From a virus: a DNA stretch of 64,000 bases. The notes under the pieces were generated by a model. The model did no database searches and was not told the origin of the DNA. It saw only the letters and a program-made list of their open reading frames with translations. The stretch lies in the IMG/VR virus record IMGVR_UViG_3300005095_000015, positions 31,676-95,675 of that record, one strand, 5' to 3'. Below are positions 38,269-47,157 of this stretch, piece by piece (the stretch's first letter is position 1; each line of letters starts with the position of its first letter). Position numbers and translations under genes: made by a program.

Positions 38269-39165
38269 ATGAATAACATAAAAGAGTTTTTACTAAAATT
38301 AGCTGAGGCTGGTTACAAGGCCTCGGCTAAAGATGCCCTGGTTACCCAGGGCTGGCTTCTGTTGAATTCGAAGCCAGCCCAGCGGGTGCCAGGGCTTTTA
38401 TTATTAGGCCCCGCCGGGGCTGGCAAGACATTCTTCGTAGAATGTCTTGCCAAGGCTCTGAGCAGAGCTCTACTTCCCTACCAGTGCCATTACGGTACTG
38501 GTAGGGAAGAGCTTCTCTATGACCTTGATGTTAAGGGGGTCATAGAGAAGCTCAGTGGAGGCAAGGGAGATCTTGTCTCCTATCTCAGGCCTGGAATTCT
38601 CCCCCAGGCCATTCAAAAGGCAAATGAAGCAGGGGGGCACCCTGTTTTTCTGCTTCTGGATGAGTTAGATAAAACTCATCCGGAAGTGGACGCCTTCCTG
38701 CTTACATTCCTCCAGAGCGGGAGGGTATACGACCCGCATCTGGGGGAATTTGTCCTGGAGGAGGGAGCGCTGCTTTATGTCTGTGCTACCTCCAACCAGG
38801 AGCGCCTCCTCTCGGAACCTCTCATGAGGAGGTTCCGGAGGGTATACTGCAAATACCCTCCGGCCGAGGTGGAGGCGGAGATTATTCAAAGGGACTGCCC
38901 AGAGGCTCACCCTGCTTTTATAAAGGGTTTGGTTTCTGTGGCGGGCTGGCTCCGGAAGAGGGAGGATATTATTAAGCCTCCTTCTACTCCGGAGCTTATA
39001 AACCTTGCCCGGGATGTTCTTCTGCTGGACAATCCCGAGGCAAGGGCAGAGGTAGTCCTGTCCTGGCTTTGTGCTTATGAAGAGGATAGAGCTATTTTGG
39101 AACAGAAGTATCCCCGTTCTTGGTGGGTGGGGATGTTGCAGAACAAGGATATAAGGGGGGTTTAG
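38269..39165 (+). CDS. MoxR-family AAA+ ATPase
   Basis: Walker A GPAGAGKT, Walker B LLLDELDK, TSN, LMRRF. Confidence 0.9.
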   Translation: MNNIKEFLLKLAEAGYKASAKDALVTQGWLLLNSKPAQRVPGLLLLGPAGAGKTFFVECLAKALSRALLPYQCHYGTGREELLYDLDVKGVIEKLSGGKGDLVSYLRPGILPQAIQKANEAGGHPVFLLLDELDKTHPEVDAFLLTFLQSGRVYDPHLGEFVLEEGALLYVCATSNQERLLSEPLMRRFRRVYCKYPPAEVEAEIIQRDCPEAHPAFIKGLVSVAGWLRKREDIIKPPSTPELINLARDVLLLDNPEARAEVVLSWLCAYEEDRAILEQKYPRSWWVGMLQNKDIRGV

Positions 39166-40938
39166 ATGAAGTTCTATGTGGCATGGGGTGAACAAAGCAA
39201 AAGCTATTTAAGTTACTCTAGGAAAATCTCTGGACAGGTTATAATTAACTCGTCAAGATTGAAAACTTTATGCAGATTTCTACCCATAGAAAAAGATTTT
39301 CTGTACAAAGGTGTTATTTATCATTGGGACGGAGAGAATTTGTGGCTACAGGGAAAATTTAAATGTGAAAATCCAGATTACTTTCGTGAATGCTGGGGTA
39401 TCGATGACCCTTGGGGATACAAGAAAGCACCCGTAGAATGTCGCACTAAGTGCCTCATACAAAGAATAACACAATCATTATTTACCTATCTCGCTAAGAA
39501 GGCCAAGGAATCATCCGGTTTCTCCTGTACTCCTGAGAAGGAGGAAAGAGCTAAACCGGATGATTCCTTACACTCTCCTGCCTCTGCTGAGGCTGAGGAG
39601 CGAGAACAGCAGCAAAGTCATTCCGACTGCTCCAAAGCTGAGGCAGAGGGTACTGAGGATGCTCTTGAAACTTTACAAAGCGATGCTCAGAGCTCCTCGG
39701 AAAGTGCTGAGTACTCCTCAGGGGAGGATACTCAGCGCCAGGAGGGTGAGGGCTCTGCGGAAGCCCCGGACGCAGAGTCGCCAGGGTCTAACAGCGCAAT
39801 CGAGGAAATCGACGCACTGAAGATCCTGGAAGAAATTCTATCCGAGGGCACCGAGGAAGAGAGTTGCCAGGTTCGCTCTTCCTCGGACAGTACAGAGGCT
39901 GATGGGTCGCCCGCCTCTGCAGAGGCTGGGGCTGGCAAGGAGAAAGATTCCTCGCTGGATTCCCGCTCTGCAGGTGCCAGTGAAAGCAGGCAACAGGAGT
40001 CCCAGAAAAAAGATGAACCTGGCCGGGGCTCCTCTCCAGACGAGGAAGTCCTCTCTGACGAGGAGAGGGCTTCCAAAATTCTGGAGGAGTTTATATCTGA
40101 AGATAAAACGACTGACTCTTTAGATATAAGCTCCTCTGAGTCTAAATCTCTCTGGGAAATCAGTTACAACCCGAAAGAGGATCAACACTCCTACGGCGGA
40201 GGTGGCGGACAGGCAGGAGCACTCACTGCCAAGGATTCCTCTACTGCCTCTGAAAAAGAAGTCCTTTATCTCTTGAGAAGATTTTTCTCTGAAATAGAAG
40301 ATCTTTTTAGAAAGAAAGAAGGTTTTGACCGTTGGGATGCCAAGAAAGTAATTCGCTCTCTCACTATGGAACCTGGAGAACTTCCAAAAGCAAAGTTCTC
40401 CAGACAGAAATCGAGGAAAATCTCTCTCTGGGTCGATGTCAGTGGTAGTGTAAGTCATCTTACCAAATTTATAATCACCCTAATTACTGCCGCTTGCAAA
40501 GATAACGATGTCCAAGTAGTTATCGGTTCAGAAGCTCACCCAGAGAAAGTTCTCCCAAGAACATTTATCCACCAGGACAAAGACTGGTGGGATATAAGAG
40601 GAATGTGGGAGGCAGAATACATTTATGACTTTCATCTCCAAGTAAAGAAATTTCTAAAAGATAATTCTCTTCCAGCTGGCAGCACCATAGTTATCTGGAG
40701 CGATTACATGGATATTAATACAACAGATCTTAAAGAACTTTCCCGTCTACTCAAACCTTACAAGGTAGTCTGGCTCTGCTCCCACAATGGCAAGGATCCT
40801 GACTATAGAGGTAATGAGTCTTTCAAGATTGAAAGGTTTGCTAAAAAAGAAGGACATTTATTCCTCTGGGGTATTGACAGTCTCCAGGGAATTAAAAAAG
40901 CAATAAAGCAACTAAACATAAGGAGGTATAGGAGATGA
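39166..40938 (+). CDS. VWA-domain protein with long acidic Ser/Glu linker (MoxR partner)
   Basis: MIDAS DVSGS, VIWSD, VVWL; low-complexity linker. Confidence 0.8.
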   Translation: MKFYVAWGEQSKSYLSYSRKISGQVIINSSRLKTLCRFLPIEKDFLYKGVIYHWDGENLWLQGKFKCENPDYFRECWGIDDPWGYKKAPVECRTKCLIQRITQSLFTYLAKKAKESSGFSCTPEKEERAKPDDSLHSPASAEAEEREQQQSHSDCSKAEAEGTEDALETLQSDAQSSSESAEYSSGEDTQRQEGEGSAEAPDAESPGSNSAIEEIDALKILEEILSEGTEEESCQVRSSSDSTEADGSPASAEAGAGKEKDSSLDSRSAGASESRQQESQKKDEPGRGSSPDEEVLSDEERASKILEEFISEDKTTDSLDISSSESKSLWEISYNPKEDQHSYGGGGGQAGALTAKDSSTASEKEVLYLLRRFFSEIEDLFRKKEGFDRWDAKKVIRSLTMEPGELPKAKFSRQKSRKISLWVDVSGSVSHLTKFIITLITAACKDNDVQVVIGSEAHPEKVLPRTFIHQDKDWWDIRGMWEAEYIYDFHLQVKKFLKDNSLPAGSTIVIWSDYMDINTTDLKELSRLLKPYKVVWLCSHNGKDPDYRGNESFKIERFAKKEGHLFLWGIDSLQGIKKAIKQLNIRRYRR

Positions 40939-41321
40939 GCAAGTGGACAGACTTTGAAGTTAAACCAGAAGAAAAGAAAGCTATTGAGGTTCCTTTAGTT
41001 CCTCCTGGAAGTAGGATAGGCGTAAAACTGGAATTCCAGAAACCAAATCGTTGGGGATTTGGCTTGAAGCAAGTTATAAGACAAGCTTGCAAGGGATTTC
41101 CTGAGTATTTTCTTCCACTTGCAAATCCGTTTGAAGTCACTACTACAGAAGGGGAAAAGATAACCATTGATACTCTCGGCAAGTGGGCTTTTGGTACCCC
41201 TGGTTGGGCAAGTAGGTTGCTATTCGAGGGTGGCGAGTCAAAAAAGATTGTCATCTATGTACCTAAGAATGTACCGCAAGAGCTTGTTTCGCTACTGCAG
41301 AAAGCAGTAGAAAGTTTGTAG
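40935..41321 (+). CDS. Hypothetical protein
   Basis: AGGAGGT RBS; intact ORF. Confidence 0.65.
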   Translation: MSKWTDFEVKPEEKKAIEVPLVPPGSRIGVKLEFQKPNRWGFGLKQVIRQACKGFPEYFLPLANPFEVTTTEGEKITIDTLGKWAFGTPGWASRLLFEGGESKKIVIYVPKNVPQELVSLLQKAVESL

Positions 41322-41339
41322 ACGAAAGGAGAAGTAAAG

Positions 41340-41759
41340 ATGACAAAAGCAAAAGAACTACTTGAAGTAATGCCTATCACAGAAATGGCAAACTTTGCAC
41401 AGCCTGATGTAGATATTCCAGGGTGTATTCACATTTGGTCAGTAGGTGATAAAAAGATTTATCACGAACCAAGAATAAAGTATTATCTTCAAAAGTGTGG
41501 AAAAGGAGAATCAGTAGAAGTTACTATAGAAGAAAACCCAAGAATAATTGGAAAAGCAAAACTCAGAAAAAAGATTAGAAAATTCCTTATGAGGTTTGTT
41601 AAAGAAACCAAACCACTTCTGATAAAGTACTGGCACGAAGCCATCTATATGACCAGATCTGAACAAAATCAACTTTTGGATGAAATAGAAAAATTAATAA
41701 ACAAAGTTTGGTTAAGAAGGAGGCTTAGCAATGCTTATACATCCAGATCCAGCAGTTAA
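41340..41759 (+). CDS. DUF4160-like protein with MTKAKELLE leader
   Basis: EMANF...IHIW...HEPRIKY; shared leader. Confidence 0.6.
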   Translation: MTKAKELLEVMPITEMANFAQPDVDIPGCIHIWSVGDKKIYHEPRIKYYLQKCGKGESVEVTIEENPRIIGKAKLRKKIRKFLMRFVKETKPLLIKYWHEAIYMTRSEQNQLLDEIEKLINKVWLRRRLSNAYTSRSSS

Positions 41760-42057
41760 TAAATCAATAAACCGACTTATCAAATTGTCACAATCTAAAA
41801 AATTATATATTCTTAAATGTTCCTGGTGTAATGGTTCAGGAAGATTTTTCAACCAGCCTTGTCCTATCTGCAAAGGTAAGGGTTTTGAGATTAGAATATT
41901 CAAACCAAGTTGTATTAAAAGAGATACATGGTGGAAAAATTTAATTGCTTCCTTGCCGAGAACCACAGAAAATGAAAACTGGCTAGACAAAACTGTATCA
42001 CTTAAACAACTTTACAAAGAACTAAAAGCAAAGAAGATCCCTTATAAGGAGGTTTAA
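41731..42057 (+). CDS. DnaJ-type zinc-finger protein
   Basis: CSWCNGSG...CPICKGKG. Confidence 0.7.
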   Translation: MLIHPDPAVNKSINRLIKLSQSKKLYILKCSWCNGSGRFFNQPCPICKGKGFEIRIFKPSCIKRDTWWKNLIASLPRTTENENWLDKTVSLKQLYKELKAKKIPYKEV

Positions 42058-42059
42058 CA

Positions 42060-42170
42060 ATGAATGAGTTTTGGGAATGGGTTGAGATATTGGGCGGAAA
42101 CCTGTTAATTCTTGTATTCTTTTTGTTGTTACGATTTGTTATTCTTCCGTCATTAGGACTCGGAGGTTAA
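42060..42170 (+). CDS. 36-aa membrane peptide (not in the ORF track)
   Basis: AGGAGG RBS; MNEFWEWVEILGGNLLILVFFLLLRFVILPSLGLGG. Confidence 0.55.
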   Translation: MNEFWEWVEILGGNLLILVFFLLLRFVILPSLGLGG

Positions 42171-42173
42171 TTC

Positions 42174-42434
42174 ATGAGCAAAATAAGCCCAACTTACAAA
42201 CTCTCCCTGCTAAGACTTTTGAAAGAAGAACCAAAGGATGTCACAACTCTTGCTTACCTTACCAAATCCTCCATCTCACTATGTCATACGGCTCTAAAAG
42301 AGCTCATCGAAGAGAATAAAGTCGTAAAGTTTATTGATGGTATAGTAGTAAAGTACAAAATAAAGAGATCAAAACTTAGGAAAAGAAACAAAAGAAAACT
42401 ACTCAGAAGGAGGTGTAAAAATGAGGCTAAGTAG
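42174..42434 (+). CDS. Winged-HTH DNA-binding protein
   Basis: ArsR-like pattern (TLAYLTKSSISLCHTALKELIEENKV); basic tail. Confidence 0.6.
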   Translation: MSKISPTYKLSLLRLLKEEPKDVTTLAYLTKSSISLCHTALKELIEENKVVKFIDGIVVKYKIKRSKLRKRNKRKLLRRRCKNEAK

Positions 42435-42816
42435 AAAAGAAAAGGAGCTTTATCAACTCAAGTATGCACTTACTGTTATCAACAATGTTCTTAGCAATCA
42501 AGGAATCATTTACTTTGACGACCCGAATGTTGGTTGGAATGCTCCGTGCTATGACACACCTGAAGATTATCTGCTTCGCAAAGAGCGAGACAGACATTTC
42601 AAACAACTTGAAGGGTTAAGTGAAGAAGCAAAGCAGATTGTCCGTTTGATATTTAACTCACCAAAGGAAATCTTTACCAACGGTGAGTACAGAGGTTGGA
42701 ACGGCAAGATCACAAAAAAGTCTATCGAACGATTTGTCTATAATGAGTGGAAGTGGTCTTACAGAAAAATCTGGAAAGCTTTTAAAGAGATAAAGGAGTG
42801 GCTTAACAACCTTTAG
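42421..42816 (+). CDS. Hypothetical protein, weak sigma region 4-like pattern
   Basis: TPEDYLLRKE...LSEEAKQIVRLIF. Confidence 0.45.
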   Translation: MRLSRKEKELYQLKYALTVINNVLSNQGIIYFDDPNVGWNAPCYDTPEDYLLRKERDRHFKQLEGLSEEAKQIVRLIFNSPKEIFTNGEYRGWNGKITKKSIERFVYNEWKWSYRKIWKAFKEIKEWLNNL

Positions 42817-42829
42817 TAGGAGGTTTGTT

Positions 42830-44392
42830 ATGTATCACTACGAGGTGTATGATGATTGTATACAAATTCAGTTGTTAAAATACTCACCTGAACTAAACGA
42901 ACTTTGCAAAAATGCACCAACAAGAAAATACTTAGGTGATGGTAAGTGGGAATTTCCTGCTACCGCTGAGAATCTTGAATATCTAAAAACCTGGCTACCC
43001 TCTCCCGAGCTGGACAAAGTGCAGGAATGTTATGACATAGTACAAACAAGCTATGTTTGGGCTAAAGTTGTCAATCCTGCCGTCAAAGAACAGCTTAAAA
43101 AAGAACTAGGCTATTACAAAGTTTTTTGGGAGAGAGATTCTTGGGGTAGAATGATCAAGCATAAGGAATGGGTAAGTTGTATTACCTATACAGGTTACTT
43201 CTTTGCCGGACTAATCCCAGAGATAGGATCAAAATGGAAGTTAAAAATAAAGAAATTAAACTACAAACCAAAAATCAGAGAACCTCAGCTCAACGGTATA
43301 TCACTCAGACCTTATCAGAAAAGGGCTGTTCAATCAGCACTTACCAAACAACGAGGCATCATTCACTCCCCAACCGGTAGCGGCAAAACAGTAATCGCTG
43401 CTGGTATTATTTCCTCACTACAAAATCCAAAAGTCCTGTTCCTTGTACATACCAAAGCACTTCTCAATCAAACAAAGAAGACTTTTAGAAAGCTCTTACC
43501 TGAACTCAGTATAGGTATGATAGGAGGTGGTAAAGAAACAATAGGTGATATTACGATAGCTATGGTGCAAACCTTAGCTAAGTGGGAAAAAAACAAACTA
43601 AGGCAGTTGGGAAAGCAACTGAAATTAATAATTGTCGATGAAGCCCATCACAGTCACGCTGACTCTTATAGGAAAGTACTGGCTCATCTTGAAGTACCTC
43701 TTCGAATAGGACTAACTGCTACACCGCACAAACTTTGGACTAAAGAAGAATACATGAAAGCCACAGGTATTCTCGGACCAATTATTGAATCTATCAGCTA
43801 CAAAGAACTAGCTAAATACGGTTTTGTTGCTCTACCGCAAGTTATCATAGTATATTGTAAAGCTGATGTTAGTGGCTCCTGGTATACAGTATACAGAGAT
43901 GGAATAGTTTGTAACAAAGAAAGGAACTTAGTAATTGCGACTATGGCAAGGAAACTTGCTCAGCAAGGTACTGTTCTAATACAAGTAGCTCAAGTTGAGC
44001 ACGGAGAGATCATCAAGAGTATGTTATCTGAAGCTTACTTAGTCACCGGAAAAACAAGTGATGAGCTACAAACTAAGATAAAAGAAAGCCTTCAAAACAA
44101 AGAGATCAGAATAGTTATAGCTACAACTGTGTGGAAAGAGGGGGTAGATGTTCCATCTCTCGATGCTGTTATAAACGCAGCGGGGAAAAAGAGTGAAATA
44201 AGTACTATACAAGCAGTGGGTAGAGCACTTAGACCATCAGGCAGCACACCTGTGGTCGTTGATTTTTACGACTACAGCAACAACATACTAGAAGACCACA
44301 GTGATCAACGCCTTGCTGTCTATCAAGCATTTGAATGGCCCATAAAGACTATAGACGCAAAGGAGGTCATACAAAATGAGCAGGCGTCGTAA
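42830..44392 (+). CDS. Superfamily II DEAH helicase (UvsW-like)
   Basis: LRPYQ, PTGSGKT, DEAHH, TAT, EGVDVP, QAVGRALR. Confidence 0.93.
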   Translation: MYHYEVYDDCIQIQLLKYSPELNELCKNAPTRKYLGDGKWEFPATAENLEYLKTWLPSPELDKVQECYDIVQTSYVWAKVVNPAVKEQLKKELGYYKVFWERDSWGRMIKHKEWVSCITYTGYFFAGLIPEIGSKWKLKIKKLNYKPKIREPQLNGISLRPYQKRAVQSALTKQRGIIHSPTGSGKTVIAAGIISSLQNPKVLFLVHTKALLNQTKKTFRKLLPELSIGMIGGGKETIGDITIAMVQTLAKWEKNKLRQLGKQLKLIIVDEAHHSHADSYRKVLAHLEVPLRIGLTATPHKLWTKEEYMKATGILGPIIESISYKELAKYGFVALPQVIIVYCKADVSGSWYTVYRDGIVCNKERNLVIATMARKLAQQGTVLIQVAQVEHGEIIKSMLSEAYLVTGKTSDELQTKIKESLQNKEIRIVIATTVWKEGVDVPSLDAVINAAGKKSEISTIQAVGRALRPSGSTPVVVDFYDYSNNILEDHSDQRLAVYQAFEWPIKTIDAKEVIQNEQAS

Positions 44393-44813
44393 AAAGAAAA
44401 GACTCAGAAGAAGACCTTTTAAATGTAGAGTTGTTATCGACGGTATCAAAATAGGAACTAGCCTGAAAGAAAAACAAATTTTATGGCATTGCCTAGTTGA
44501 TCTCATTCCTCAGCTAAAGTACATGCATCCAGAAGCTATAAGATTCTGGCTTTTGTACTCAGTTCAAACTGCTTTCTATCGTCAGCTTCATCACTACCGT
44601 ATTAGAAGGCTGTGTAAAATTATAGAAAGACTTGATTCCTGGGAAGCACTGGCAAAAAAGGCTTGTGAGTTGTTTCTATACACTGAAGGATATAGCTTGC
44701 TGTCTGGGTTTAGGATAGGTGTCAAGAAGGGCGCAGATAGAGGGCGACTTAAAGCAACTCCAACAAACTATGATGCTGAAAGAGTATCAATTTGGAAATT
44801 TTCACAGAGATAA
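44376..44813 (+). CDS. Hypothetical basic protein
   Basis: AAGGAGG RBS; intact ORF. Confidence 0.6.
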   Translation: MSRRRKKKRLRRRPFKCRVVIDGIKIGTSLKEKQILWHCLVDLIPQLKYMHPEAIRFWLLYSVQTAFYRQLHHYRIRRLCKIIERLDSWEALAKKACELFLYTEGYSLLSGFRIGVKKGADRGRLKATPTNYDAERVSIWKFSQR

Positions 44814-44820
44814 ATAACTC

Positions 44821-45768
44821 ATGATGGCCTTCTCCTTATTGATTGAAAATTTTGATGTAGTTGCCTACCTTGATGACAAAGGTATAGAATACCATACTCA
44901 CGGTAAGAATGTATCTTATGGCTGGATAGAGGTTAACTGTCCATGGTGCGATGACCCAAGCTTCCATCTTGGTATTAGTCCTCAGAAAAGACTTAATTGT
45001 TGGAGATGCGGTCCTCATGGTAGTGTCATCAATTACATAAAAGTTATCGAGAAGTGCTCCACCAAAGAAGCAAGAAGAATCCTTGCAAAGTATCAGCAGT
45101 TTGGTGCTATAATACCACTGGAAGAGATTGCTGAGGAAGAGGGCGAGCAAGATAAACAGGTAGTTATACCTAAAAGTGCAGTAACCCCTTTGCCCGAAAT
45201 GCACAAGGAATATTTACTAAGCAGAGGTTTTAACCCCGATTATCTTACGAGGAAATACTTACTCAGAGGTTGCGGACCCGTTGGAAAATACAAGTTTAGG
45301 ATTATTATTCCAGTTTTTGTTGAGAATAGACTCGTAACTTTTACTTCAAGAGATGTTACAGGAAGAACTGAAATAAGGTATAAAAACTATCCAAATGACT
45401 TATCAATTATCCCTGTAAAAGAATCTATCTATAATATAGACTCGGTAAAACCTGGTGGTAGAATGATTATTGTAGAAGGGCCTTTTGATGTCTGGAGAAT
45501 AGGTGATGGGGCAGTTGCTACCTTTGGTACAAACTTCACCGATGAGCAAGTAAAACTTATCATTAATAAAAAACCGAGCAGTGTTGCTATTATGTATGAT
45601 CCGGAACCAGAAGCATTGGAAAAGGCTGAAGAGCTTGCTTATAAGCTATCGCCTTTTGTTGATAAAGTAGAGATTGTTGAGATTGACGCTGAAGACCCAG
45701 CAAGTCTAACTGAGAAAGAAGTAAGGAAAATCAGGAGGATATTTTTAGATGATTTGTTTCATCTCTAA
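44821..45768 (+). CDS. dnaG: DNA primase (Zn finger + TOPRIM)
   Basis: CPWC..H..CWRC; IIVEGPFD; MYD.E. Confidence 0.85.
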   Translation: MMAFSLLIENFDVVAYLDDKGIEYHTHGKNVSYGWIEVNCPWCDDPSFHLGISPQKRLNCWRCGPHGSVINYIKVIEKCSTKEARRILAKYQQFGAIIPLEEIAEEEGEQDKQVVIPKSAVTPLPEMHKEYLLSRGFNPDYLTRKYLLRGCGPVGKYKFRIIIPVFVENRLVTFTSRDVTGRTEIRYKNYPNDLSIIPVKESIYNIDSVKPGGRMIIVEGPFDVWRIGDGAVATFGTNFTDEQVKLIINKKPSSVAIMYDPEPEALEKAEELAYKLSPFVDKVEIVEIDAEDPASLTEKEVRKIRRIFLDDLFHL

Positions 45769-45785
45769 AGTGCAAAGGTTATAAT
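45755..45785 (+). promoter_or_regulatory. Conserved 31-bp phage promoter, copy 1
   Basis: TGTTTCATCTCTAAAGTGCAAAGGTTATAAT; TTTCAT-N17-TATAAT. Confidence 0.85.
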
Positions 45786-45808
45786 TAAAATGAGGGGAGG
45801 TGTAAGCT

Positions 45809-45994
45809 ATGAACAAGATGGGAAGACCAGTAGAGATTAAAGATGGGAGAAAGCCAGTCCAGGTCATTGTGGACTACAAAGTTTGGAAGAAAGTAAGGGA
45901 AGAGGCGGTTAAGAAGGACACGACTACAAGTAGGTTGGTAGAGCAGATTCTGAGAGATTACTTTGCTGAAAAGAAGCAGGAGGTTAAATCTTAA
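45809..45994 (+). CDS. Ribbon-helix-helix DNA-binding protein
   Basis: VQVIVD strand followed by helices ending TTSRLVEQILRDYF. Confidence 0.75.
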   Translation: MNKMGRPVEIKDGRKPVQVIVDYKVWKKVREEAVKKDTTTSRLVEQILRDYFAEKKQEVKS

Positions 45995-46055
45995 GATGTT
46001 AAGTACTTTAACCTATAAACTTATAAAAATTCGCTTTTCTTAATGGGGGTGGACT

Positions 46056-46310
46056 ATGGATAGAAATTGCCAACATAAAACCAAGATCCTTCTGCAAGTT
46101 GATACTGCTAAGTGGAAGACAGTAGCGAGTATAACTGAACTGATTGGTAAATCTCGTGTCGTTCTTGCTGAAGAGCTTTTAGAAAAAGCACTTGATAGCA
46201 TCATTAGGCAATACCAATTAGAACCGCTCTATGAACAACTTTGCAACCTGATACAAAAAACAAAGGAGGTAGAACATGGGAAAACGCAAGAAGAAAAGAA
46301 CAAAGATTAA
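46056..46310 (+). CDS. Putative second ribbon-helix-helix protein
   Basis: ILLQVD..KW.....GKSRVVLAEELLEKAL. Confidence 0.55.
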   Translation: MDRNCQHKTKILLQVDTAKWKTVASITELIGKSRVVLAEELLEKALDSIIRQYQLEPLYEQLCNLIQKTKEVEHGKTQEEKNKD

Positions 46311-47157
46311 GCACAAACACCTATCGCTGAATGACATGATAGATCATTCAACTTACGAAGCTTCTCAATCTACATCAATTGAGGACAACGATGATACAAT
46401 AGAGATTCATGATGATAAAATTATTCATATTGACTTTCAGCGATATACTCAGTATCAAGAAGCAATCAAATCCTATAGGAACATTGAACAGCAGATCCAA
46501 GAGTGTATCAAGTATGGCAATGAAAACAATATTATAAGTGCTTGTGCTTGGATGGAAGAATTTTCACCGCTTGTAGTTCCTATATCGTGGAGTATAGCAC
46601 ATTTGGTAGGATTTGAAGGGGCATTGCTTGTTGGTTTGCTTCTTTCTTTTTGGCGCTATAAGAAAAAGGAGCGTCCTCCTGAAGGCGCAAGAATTATATT
46701 TCGTCTACCTAAGCGACTTCTACGCAAACTGCTCAGTATAAGTGAAAGCAAACTTGAGACTTTACTTGAAAACATGGAGCTATATTTACTTGTAACCTAT
46801 GGTAAGGCTTACAGTCCTGGGAGTAGGAAAGCGAAGGATATTATCATTGAGCTTCACCTAAACATGATCAGAAAATACGCTATGGCTGATTATGCAAGGT
46901 TGTTAAAGTTGCCTGAAGAGATAGCTTGTGATCTTGCTGATGTACCGCACGACCTTCTGAGCTTAGGTAATTGTAATTTGAACATTGTTCAACTTGAAAG
47001 CGTCATAAGAGAAACGCAGATGGTTACTAATGCAGATGAAAATGATAAGCGTATATTTGATAGATGGGATTTAGAAGTTGATATATTCAAAGAGGAAGAG
47101 TTTGAAAGAGAAATCGAGGAACTTGCAAATGAAAGCTTAGAGGAGGAAGAGATATGA
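46276..47157 (+). CDS. Hypothetical replication-associated protein (possible wHTH)
   Basis: Position; AHLVGFEGALLVG.L...LSISESKLETLL pattern. Confidence 0.5.
   Translation: MGKRKKKRTKIKHKHLSLNDMIDHSTYEASQSTSIEDNDDTIEIHDDKIIHIDFQRYTQYQEAIKSYRNIEQQIQECIKYGNENNIISACAWMEEFSPLVVPISWSIAHLVGFEGALLVGLLLSFWRYKKKERPPEGARIIFRLPKRLLRKLLSISESKLETLLENMELYLLVTYGKAYSPGSRKAKDIIIELHLNMIRKYAMADYARLLKLPEEIACDLADVPHDLLSLGNCNLNIVQLESVIRETQMVTNADENDKRIFDRWDLEVDIFKEEEFEREIEELANESLEEEEI

Noticed and set aside
45740-45768. Primase C-terminal DLFHL as a clamp-binding motif
   Set aside because: These codons are dictated by the overlapping promoter repeat
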